Assembly (NCBI GenBank): GCA_050015075.1
Contig: JBEKCB010000003.1
Coordinates: 32,001 to 96,000, forward strand
Source: Candidatus Brocadiia bacterium
GTDB lineage: Bacteria > Planctomycetota > Brocadiia > CAIUPP01
DNA: 64,000 bases
Reading direction: 5' to 3'
Both the position numbers and the translations under genes were made by a program. Below, piece after piece: positions 27,178 through 34,405 of the stretch (its first letter is position 1; each line of letters begins with the position of its first letter). The notes below the pieces were generated by a model, which worked only from the letters and a program-made list of their open reading frames with translations, did no database searches and had not been told where the DNA came from.

Positions 27178-28737
27178 TCATCGCGCGACATGAGACGCAG
27201 CCTTTCTACTCCGCGACCGAACTGGAGTCAAGGCGGCCTCGTCAGGCGTCGCGGCCATCGCTTCCTCCTCGGTATCCTGCGGCGGGCCCCAGAACTCGGA
27301 GAGCGTCGGGCCGTCCTTTCGGCGGCGGTCGCGGAAGAAGAAGTTCCGGACCTCGTAAGGCCACACCTTGCGCCCGATCCGATAGTACCAGCGGTGCGCG
27401 GCGCGGACCTCGCGGTCCGGATACGTCAGCAGCCTCCAGAGCGCGCGCGGGCGCAGTTGGGCGGCCGCCTCGATGAACTTCATCCACAGCATCACACGCC
27501 AAGGCGCCATGTGCCGCGTGGCGAGCACCTGGTGCTTGTAGTCCCAGAGGCGCGCGTCGGTCTGGATTACGCGCCGCGAGGACTCCAGCCGGTAATACGG
27601 CGTCCAGCGGTGCGGCGTCGCGAAGACCACTTGGATCTGGTCCGGATCGTACGAAATCAGCCGCCGCAGTCCGCGCAGGTAATCGCGGTCGGTCTCCTGC
27701 TCGAATCCGATCACCCAGGTGGCCAGCGAGAGAATCCCATGGCGACGGAGCAGTTGAATCGCCAGGCGGTCGGTCTCGGGCGAGGCCCCTTTGCGGATCA
27801 GGCGAAGAGTGTGCTCGTCGGTGTTCTCGATGCCGAGCAGCCAGCGCGCGACGCCGGCCTGCTTGTAGAGGTGGAGGATGTCCGCGTCGCGCACGATATC
27901 GCCGGCGCGCGTGGAGCCGACGAGCGTCACGCGGACCTTCTGGGCGATCAGCGCCTCGAGGAACGCGCGCCAGGCGGCGCGGTCGGCCGTCGGGTTCTCG
28001 TCGGCGAGATTGAAAACCTCCACTCCGTGTGCGCGATGGAGCCAGGCGATCTCGGCGGCGAACCGGCGCGGATCGCGATGCCGGTAGCGCGTCCAGAACC
28101 CGCGCTGGCCACAGTAGTTACAGCGATGCGGGCAGCCGCGCGAGAATTGTACGACCACGGCGCGGCGGTCGCCCCAATAGCTGTAACGGGCCGGGTCAAT
28201 CAGTTCCCATCCGATGCGGAATGCGTCGAGGTCGCAAATGACCGGCGCCGGCCGCGTGGCGCGCGGGACGCCGCCGATCCGGAACGCAATGCCGGGAATT
28301 CCATCGAGCGGCGCGCCGGTCTCGAGGGCGCGGATCACGCGCAGGACCGTCGCTTCGCCTTCGCCGCGGACGATGAGGTCAATCTGCGGCTCTCCGGCCA
28401 GCACTTCGCGCCAGTGGTAAGTCGGGAAGACTCCGCCATAGATGATGCGTGTCGCGGGCAGCACGCGGCGCAGCGCACGAGTGATCTCCGCCACCACCGG
28501 ATGCCCCGAGGTCGAGCCGGAGTGCCCCATAAGAATCGCCGACGGCGCGCAGGCGACGCATTGCGCCACGATCTCCGCCGTCGCCATCGGCCCGAACTCC
28601 GCGTCGAGCAGGCGCACGTCATGGCCTGCGTCAATCAACGGCCCGCCGATCGCGAGCAATCCCAGCGGCGGCAGATGCTCGTGAGGGATGCGGCTGCCGA
28701 TGGCCGGGTGCGGCGCGTTGATGAGCAGGATTCTCAT
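27178..28737 (-). CDS. Cobalamin-dependent radical SAM enzyme (BchE-like)
   Basis: B12-binding N-domain (PPLGL, YGGVFPT, VRGEGE); SRGCPHRCNYC CxxxCxxC motif; LADEN; WDYKHQVL. Confidence 0.9.
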   Translation of the reverse strand: MRILLINAPHPAIGSRIPHEHLPPLGLLAIGGPLIDAGHDVRLLDAEFGPMATAEIVAQCVACAPSAILMGHSGSTSGHPVVAEITRALRRVLPATRIIYGGVFPTYHWREVLAGEPQIDLIVRGEGEATVLRVIRALETGAPLDGIPGIAFRIGGVPRATRPAPVICDLDAFRIGWELIDPARYSYWGDRRAVVVQFSRGCPHRCNYCGQRGFWTRYRHRDPRRFAAEIAWLHRAHGVEVFNLADENPTADRAAWRAFLEALIAQKVRVTLVGSTRAGDIVRDADILHLYKQAGVARWLLGIENTDEHTLRLIRKGASPETDRLAIQLLRRHGILSLATWVIGFEQETDRDYLRGLRRLISYDPDQIQVVFATPHRWTPYYRLESSRRVIQTDARLWDYKHQVLATRHMAPWRVMLWMKFIEAAAQLRPRALWRLLTYPDREVRAAHRWYYRIGRKVWPYEVRNFFFRDRRRKDGPTLSEFWGPPQDTEEEAMAATPDEAALTPVRSRSRKAASHVAR

Positions 28738-28753
28738 GGTCGTACCCTCCTTT

Positions 28754-29566
28754 CTAAAAAGCGACGGAGAGAACCGACTGCATATCCGCTGCGGCGCGCA
28801 TCGCCGCCTCGTCGTCGGGCTGAGGCAGTCCGCCGAACCGGCGATTGCGTCGAAGGAAATCGGAGATGGCCTCGCGCAGATGTTCGCCGCCGAAGTCGGG
28901 CCATGCGACCGGCGTCACCCACAGTTCCGCATACGCCGCCTGCCAGAGCAGGAAGTTGCTCAGCCGCATCTCGCCGCCGGTCCGGATGATCAGGTCGAGC
29001 GGCGGCATGTCCGGCTGATACAGGCATGCGCCGAGCGTTTCCTCCTTGATCTCGTCGGCGGAAATGTGCCCCGCAACCGCGCGCCGGACGAGGTGTCGGC
29101 AGGCGTCCACGATTTCCGCCCGGCCGCCGTAATTCACTGCGAGACAGAGCGTTAGCGCATCGCCGCCGCACGTGGCCGCGATGGCCTGGCGCAGTTCGCT
29201 GCGGACCTCTTCGGGCAATCCGTCGAGCCGGCCGACCGCGCGGAGGCGGATGCCGTTGTCGCGCAGCTCCTTGCACTCGGCGCGGAGGAACCGGCGGATC
29301 AGCCGCCAGAGGAACCGCACCTCCGCCGCAGGCCTGCGCCAATTCTCCGTCGAGAAAGCGAACAGCGTCAGTTGCTCGATCCCGAGCCGCGCCGCCTCGC
29401 GGACTGTCCGCTTCACCGCCATGGCGCCCATATGGTGACCGATCAGCCGAGACCGCCCGCGTTCCTGCGCCCAGCGACCGTTGCCGTCCATGATGATCCC
29501 GACGTGGCGCGGCATCGGCGGAGCCGATACCGTCACTTCATCGAATGACTCGCAGTTGGGTTTCAT
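28754..29566 (-). CDS. uppS: cis-prenyltransferase (UppS family)
   Basis: HVGIIMDGNGRWA, FAFSTENWRRP, NYGGR.EI, DLIIRTGGEMRLSNFLLWQAAYAE, RRFGG. Confidence 0.93.
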   Translation of the reverse strand: MKPNCESFDEVTVSAPPMPRHVGIIMDGNGRWAQERGRSRLIGHHMGAMAVKRTVREAARLGIEQLTLFAFSTENWRRPAAEVRFLWRLIRRFLRAECKELRDNGIRLRAVGRLDGLPEEVRSELRQAIAATCGGDALTLCLAVNYGGRAEIVDACRHLVRRAVAGHISADEIKEETLGACLYQPDMPPLDLIIRTGGEMRLSNFLLWQAAYAELWVTPVAWPDFGGEHLREAISDFLRRNRRFGGLPQPDDEAAMRAAADMQSVLSVAF

Positions 29567-29829
29567 GAATGCCGCTCCGCGTCCTGCTCAGCCGGCCGCG
29601 CCGTGGCGAACGGGCAGGGCGATTGAGCAAAGGACTTTATCTGGCAAAGCCTGTGGGCAATAAAAAAAGTTCCCGCCGCCAGGAGCCCGCATCCGAGGCG
29701 CATCGGCAGCGCCATCAGCGCCAGGGGCGCCTTCGCGCACGAGCATGCTTCCTCCGCGTTCTGCGCCTTCATGAACTCCCTGGCGCCGTTCCGCAACCGG
29801 CACAGCGGGCATTCCACGTTCTCCGACAT
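29563..29829 (-). CDS. Small Cys-rich hypothetical protein (88 aa)
   Basis: AAGGAG RBS; CPLC, CSC and a hydrophobic stretch; its stop overlaps the uppS start (ATGA). Confidence 0.5.
   Translation of the reverse strand: MSENVECPLCRLRNGAREFMKAQNAEEACSCAKAPLALMALPMRLGCGLLAAGTFFIAHRLCQIKSFAQSPCPFATARPAEQDAERHS
29635..29649. promoter_or_regulatory. Putative operator CTTT-N7-AAAG upstream of uppS
   Basis: ctttatctggcaaag, similar to the palindrome at 31034-31048. Confidence 0.45.
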
Positions 29830-29900
29830 CGTGCGCTCCTTTCGATCCTAAGAAACGGGACACTCACCTGAGCTACGCTGCGCGTCTGAGTCCGCCACAT

Positions 29901-29978
29901 CGTCCTCGTCCTCGTCGTCGTCCTCGTCGTCGAACCGCCGTTACGCAGGCCGAGGACAAGGACGACGACGAGGACGAG
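29901..29978. repeat. REP-like hairpin built from ctcgtc/gacgag units
   Basis: Left arm cgtcctcgtcctcgtcgtcgtcctcgtcgtcg and right arm cgaggacaaggacgacgacgaggacgag. Confidence 0.75.
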
Positions 29979-30032
29979 TACGGAACGAGAGCATTCTTCT
30001 TTGATGCTGCACGGACGCTCGACATTCGAAGT

Positions 30033-30350
30033 TCATCCGTTCTTCCCTCTCTTCGGCGCCACGATGCTCTCCAGGTACGCGACATAGGCTTTAAACGCCG
30101 CCGTCCCCTTCGCGGTCAACGACATGGTCGTCTGCGGCTTGCGGCCGACGAACTGCTTTTCGATCCGGATATAGCCGGCCTCCTCGAGGACGCGCGCGTG
30201 CACGCTCAGGTTGCCGTCGGTCATGCCCAGAGTTCCCTTCAACTCGGAGAAGGTCATCGGTCCGGCCGCGGCGAGGCTCGACATGATGCCGAGCCGGGCG
30301 CGTTCGTGGATGAGATTGTCAATGCCTTCCGGTGACGGAATGGCGCTCAT
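30033..30350 (-). CDS. Winged-helix transcriptional regulator (HTH_34, ArsR/MarR-like)
   Basis: IHERARLGIMS.L, FSELK..L.MTDGNLSVHARVLEEAGYI, K.FVGRKPQT. Confidence 0.92.
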   Translation of the reverse strand: MSAIPSPEGIDNLIHERARLGIMSSLAAAGPMTFSELKGTLGMTDGNLSVHARVLEEAGYIRIEKQFVGRKPQTTMSLTAKGTAAFKAYVAYLESIVAPKRGKNG

Positions 30351-30353
30351 CGC

Positions 30354-30965
30354 TCATTCCCCGAACCGCAGGATCAGGACGATTCCGAAGACCACGTGCG
30401 CCAGCCCGAACGTCAGCGCGACCATGGCCAGGGCCGCCGGCGCCGCCCAGAAGAGCGTCACAACGCCGGCCGCGAAGAACACGCCGCCGAGCATCCACGG
30501 CGCCCGGACGGAAAGAATGCCGGCCATCCAGAGAGCGACGCCGTAGAGCATCATCCAGGTCGGCGCGACCAGGCGCCACTGCGCGTTCTCGATCATCGTC
30601 ACGCTCAGGGCGGTCGCCGCCAGGAGCGCCGGGGCCATCGCATAGGCAGCCAGTTGCGCCAGCCGCGACCACGCGTCCACGCCGCGCTTGCGGGCCAGGC
30701 GCAGCGTCAGGAGGATGTTGACCCCGATCCCGGCGATGGCGATCAGCGCCCACATCGCGATCAGCGCGCGGCAGTCCTCGGGCAGCAGGTTCGCCATCTC
30801 GGCGAAGTCGAGCGAGCGCATTTTCCAGTAAGTCACGACGCATCCGATCAGCGCGAAGACGCCGCCGCAGACCGCCGCCCTGCCTGGGAGCGTCGTCATC
30901 CGCGTGGCGCTCTCCATGATGCGCCGGATCGTCGCCAGTTGTTCCACCGCCTCGTTCTCGTTCAT
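30354..30965 (-). CDS. Multi-TM membrane protein adjacent to the winged-helix regulator
   Basis: AAGGAGGT RBS; EAVEQLATIRRIME N-terminus; about 6 TMs; C-terminal FGLAHVVFG. Confidence 0.8.
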   Translation of the reverse strand: MNENEAVEQLATIRRIMESATRMTTLPGRAAVCGGVFALIGCVVTYWKMRSLDFAEMANLLPEDCRALIAMWALIAIAGIGVNILLTLRLARKRGVDAWSRLAQLAAYAMAPALLAATALSVTMIENAQWRLVAPTWMMLYGVALWMAGILSVRAPWMLGGVFFAAGVVTLFWAAPAALAMVALTFGLAHVVFGIVLILRFGE

Positions 30966-31033
30966 TTCTACCTCCTTCGCGAGCGCCGGCAACCGGTCCA
31001 TTCCCTGAACACCCGCAGCCGGGCGGCCATGTC

Positions 31034-31078
31034 CTTTGCGCCGCAAAGAACTTTACACCATCGTCTCCCCGTTGTCAA
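31034..31078 (-). promoter_or_regulatory. Sigma70 promoter with adjacent palindromic operator
   Basis: On the - strand, TTGACA(31078-73)-N17-TAAAGT(31055-50), immediately followed by CTTTG-N5-CAAAG (31034-31048). Confidence 0.75.
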
Positions 31079-31250
31079 GTGCTTTGACGAACTTTTTTCG
31101 GGGGGCTGCCCGCACACCAAACCTCGCAAGGGTTTGAACGAACCTCCGCCGGGCTTGCACGGTTCCCGCCGGCTCGGTAGCATGCTTGTCGCCGGGTGCC
31201 GAAGCATCAGGCCGAAGCGGATGGAGCTGGATGAAAGCAAGGAGTTCGTC

Positions 31251-31871
31251 ATGCGCCTGTTCATCGCCGCGGTATGGCTGACCTTGAGCGTCGGTTCACT
31301 TGCCGCCGAGATGGCGCCGGGATGGACCGGCGAGAAGCGCGACCTCAGTTCCGGCTCGTCGCGAGGTTCTGCGACGATCTCGGTGGACACGCAGAGCGTG
31401 ACGCTGGGCGAGCCGTTTTCGGCGGACATCCGCTTCCTCAACAGCGGCGGCGGCGAAGAGTTCTACAACCCGTTCTTCGGCGTCCAGACGCCGCTGCCGG
31501 CCCGGCTGGCGATCTTCAGCAGCGACCACAAGTACCTCGGCGACCTGATCGAGCGCGACGAGGCCTCGAGAAAAATGCTGAGCGTCGAGGACTGGACGTT
31601 CCTCCCGTCGCTCTGCTACGTCGGCTGCGTGCAGAGGCTCACGGCCGGCTACATCCCCGCCACGGCGGAGAGCGCCTCCCGAACGCTGCCGCCGGGCGAA
31701 TACTACGTGCAGGTGATCTATCTCAAGGGCTTCCTCGCGAAGAACCCGGCGCGGCTGGAGCGCCGGCCGCTGGAGGACGATGAGAAGCTGCTCCTGCGGT
31801 TCGAGAAGGAGTTCGACCGCGCGGAGCTGTTCCGGTCGAACGTGGTGAAGGTCCGGTTCACCGAGAAGTAG
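31251..31871 (+). CDS. Secreted hypothetical protein (beta-rich)
   Basis: AAGGAG RBS; signal peptide MRLFIAAVWLTLSVGSLA; LPPGEYYVQV and SNVVKVRF are Ig-like patterns. Confidence 0.7.
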   Translation: MRLFIAAVWLTLSVGSLAAEMAPGWTGEKRDLSSGSSRGSATISVDTQSVTLGEPFSADIRFLNSGGGEEFYNPFFGVQTPLPARLAIFSSDHKYLGDLIERDEASRKMLSVEDWTFLPSLCYVGCVQRLTAGYIPATAESASRTLPPGEYYVQVIYLKGFLAKNPARLERRPLEDDEKLLLRFEKEFDRAELFRSNVVKVRFTEK

Positions 31872-31877
31872 CGCCGC

Positions 31878-31917
31878 TTGACGTCTTCGCCTGCGTAATG
31901 TACACTCCATGTGTGCA
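31878..31917 (+). promoter_or_regulatory. TA operon promoter with palindromic operator
   Basis: TTGACG-N17-TACACT, overlapped by the imperfect palindrome tgtacac-tccat-gtgtgca. Confidence 0.65.
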
Positions 31918-31940
31918 GTTCACCGGGAAGGAGACCGGCC

Positions 31941-32192
31941 ATGAAAGCCACGATTCTGGACCTCCGGCGGCGCATGGGCGAGATACTCAAGGCGCTCGAC
32001 CGCAACGAGACCGTCACGATCCTCCACCGCGGCCGGCGGAAGGGCATCCTGTATCCCGCAGGAAACGCGGAGCGGAAGAAACTTCGCATCGCCGAGAGCG
32101 CAGCCTTCGGCATGTGGAAGAACCGCAAGGACCTGAAGGACGTTTACGCGGCCGTACGCCGGGTCAGGAAAGGGCGCGTCCATGATCTTTGA
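31941..32192 (+). CDS. Type II antitoxin, Phd/YefM-like
   Basis: MKATILDLRRRMGEILKALDRNETVTILHRG Phd-like N-terminus; AFGMWK; overlaps the PIN gene. Confidence 0.85.
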   Translation: MKATILDLRRRMGEILKALDRNETVTILHRGRRKGILYPAGNAERKKLRIAESAAFGMWKNRKDLKDVYAAVRRVRKGRVHDL

Positions 32193-32559
32193 CACGGACG
32201 TGCTCATCTGGGTGTTCCGAGGGAACCCCAGGTCCGCCGCGCTCGTGGAGGAGACGGAGGAACGATTCCTGTCCGTCGTCAGTTACCTGGAGCTTCTCCA
32301 GGGCGCGCGCGACAAAGTCGAGGTGCGGGCGATCAAGGCATTCCTGGCGGATGCCGGCTTCCAGATGACGCCGCTCTCCGAGAACATCGGCCATCGGGCC
32401 TCGATCTACATGGAGGAGTTCGGCCTCAAGACGGGCATGAAGCTGGGCGATGCGCTGCTGGCGGCCACAGCCGTGGAAAACCACTTGACGCTCTGCACCG
32501 CCAACCGCCGGCACTACCGGCCCATCTCCGAACTGGAATTGATGATTTTTCAGCCGTGA
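32182..32559 (+). CDS. vapC: VapC/PIN-domain toxin
   Basis: MIFDTDVLI, S.VSYLELLQG, DALLAATA, TANRRHY. Confidence 0.92.
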   Translation: MIFDTDVLIWVFRGNPRSAALVEETEERFLSVVSYLELLQGARDKVEVRAIKAFLADAGFQMTPLSENIGHRASIYMEEFGLKTGMKLGDALLAATAVENHLTLCTANRRHYRPISELELMIFQP

Positions 32560-32591
32560 GACGCTCGGACTGCCTCGCGCCGCAAAGAACG

Positions 32592-33863
32592 TCACTCCGT
32601 GATCTTCATCCGGGCGCCGCAGCGGGTCATCAGGTCCACGAAGCTCGGGAAGGTGATGCTGACGGCCTCGGCGGTGTCCACCTCGACGGGCTTTTCCGAC
32701 GCAAGCCCCGCGATGGCGCAGGCCATGACGACGCGATGGTCGGCGTGACCGGGCGCTTTTCCGCCGCGCAGTCCCACGCCGTGGACCACCAGCCCATCCG
32801 GCAGTTCCTCCGCCTTTCCGCCGAGCGCGTTGACGACCTCGCGCATGACGCGGATGCGGTCAGTCTCCTTGATGCGCGCCTGCGGGACGTTGAGCAGCTT
32901 CGTCGTCCCTTTGGCGAAGCAGGCGGTGATCGCAAGCGCCGGCAGCGCGTCGGGCGTGGCGTTGAGGTCCAGCTCGACGCCCTTCAAGCCGCGGCCGCAA
33001 ATCCGGACGGCGCCGGGCAGCGCCTGCGTCTCCGCACCCATCTTGCGGAGCATGTTCACCACCTCCTTGTCGCCCTGGGCGTCGTCCATGTCCAGGCCGC
33101 GCAGAGTGATCTCCGACCCGGTGAGCGCGGCGGCGCAGAGGAAGAAAGTCGCCGAGGAGAAGTCGCCCTGGATGCGCCCCTCGAACGCGGAGTATTCCTG
33201 CCCGCCGGGGATGGTGAACTCGCGCAGGTTCCGGTGCGTAACCTGCACGTTGAGTTTGCGCAGCCAGTCGAGCGTCATGAGGACATACGGCTCCTCGTTG
33301 AGCTGCGTCGCGACGATCGTCGAATCCAGCCGGGCGAGCGGCGCGGCGATGAGCAGGCTCGTGAGGTACTGCGAAGTGGGGCACGCGAGGCTGGCCTGCC
33401 CGCCCTGCAGCGGGCCGTGGACGAGGATCGGCGCGCAGCCGTTGCTAAGCATACTCTCGACGCGCGCGCCAAGCGCGTTCAGGGCCGCGATCAGGTTCTG
33501 CGCGGTGCGGCGGCGGGTCTGGTGGTCGCCGGTGAGCACGTTCCACCCGTCCACCAGCGCGGCCATCCCGAGCGCGATGTAGAGCGTGGTGCCGGAGTTC
33601 TGGACGTCAATGACGTTTTCGGCGACGCGAAGCCGTCCGGCGGCGCCTTGGACGGTCCAGGTTTCTCCATCGGCGTGGATTTCCGCGCCGAGCGCGCGAC
33701 AGGCGCCCACGCAGGAGCGCGTGTCGGCGGAATCGAGCGGATTGGAGATAACGCTTTTCCCGCGGGCGAGCGTCGCCAGGGTCAGCGCGCGGATCGTGTG
33801 CGACTTGGAGGCCGGGACGGCGACTTCGCCGGAGAGGACGGATTTTTCAGCAGAGAGGATCAC
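32592..33863 (-). CDS. aroA: 3-phosphoshikimate 1-carboxyvinyltransferase
   Basis: PASKSHTIR, NSGTT, SQYLTSLL, GDFSSA, RIKETDRI, DHRVVMA. Confidence 0.95.
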   Translation of the reverse strand: MILSAEKSVLSGEVAVPASKSHTIRALTLATLARGKSVISNPLDSADTRSCVGACRALGAEIHADGETWTVQGAAGRLRVAENVIDVQNSGTTLYIALGMAALVDGWNVLTGDHQTRRRTAQNLIAALNALGARVESMLSNGCAPILVHGPLQGGQASLACPTSQYLTSLLIAAPLARLDSTIVATQLNEEPYVLMTLDWLRKLNVQVTHRNLREFTIPGGQEYSAFEGRIQGDFSSATFFLCAAALTGSEITLRGLDMDDAQGDKEVVNMLRKMGAETQALPGAVRICGRGLKGVELDLNATPDALPALAITACFAKGTTKLLNVPQARIKETDRIRVMREVVNALGGKAEELPDGLVVHGVGLRGGKAPGHADHRVVMACAIAGLASEKPVEVDTAEAVSITFPSFVDLMTRCGARMKITE

Positions 33864-33866
33864 GGT

Positions 33867-34316
33867 TCAGCCTCGCTTGACCAGCCGGTTCAGGGCGGAT
33901 TCAACCTGGCGCACGTCCACGTCGGTGTCCTTGCAGGGGCCGTGAGGCCAGGAATTCAGGATGCCGATCACGCGTTTCGGGAACGCGGCGCGGATTCCCT
34001 CGGAGAGTTCCTTGCTGCACGCGATCGCGAGGATGACGCGGACCTCCGGCGCTCGGGCGCGTTCGAGCGCTTCGCGTCCGCCGGAGGCGACGTGCACCCG
34101 CACGCCGATGCGTTCCGCCAAGGCGCGCAGGTCCTTCATCTTGCATCGGCCGCAGCCCTTGCAGTTGCGGATCGCCTCTCGCACCGGCTCCTTGCAGGCC
34201 TGGTGCTGAAGGCAGTGGGGCAGCAGAACCAGCACGTTCTCCGGCGGATACCGCCGCGAGGAGGTGCGGTTGCGAAGGCGATTGATCCAGATGACGGCAT
34301 TCTGCAGCGCGGGCAT
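33867..34316 (-). CDS. DUF116 family protein
   Basis: LLPHCLQ, CKGCGRC, GG..A, AIACSKEL, GPCKDT. Confidence 0.85.
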   Translation of the reverse strand: MPALQNAVIWINRLRNRTSSRRYPPENVLVLLPHCLQHQACKEPVREAIRNCKGCGRCKMKDLRALAERIGVRVHVASGGREALERARAPEVRVILAIACSKELSEGIRAAFPKRVIGILNSWPHGPCKDTDVDVRQVESALNRLVKRG

Positions 34317-34405
34317 GAGACCTGCTCCGGTTCAGGAATTTAAATAAGTTACCAGCTTTTCGGGAAGATTCCAAGAGTGCCGCGCGCGGCGCGCCGTCTG
34401 CCCGG

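Noticed and set aside
27178-28737. True bchE implying phototrophy
   Set aside because: There are no other bch/puf genes in the window, and the context is a prenyltransferase operon.
27178-29829. RiPP cluster (Cys-rich peptide plus radical SAM)
   Set aside because: No SPASM/RRE domain, peptidase or exporter is evident, and the intervening prenyltransferase points to a lipid substrate.
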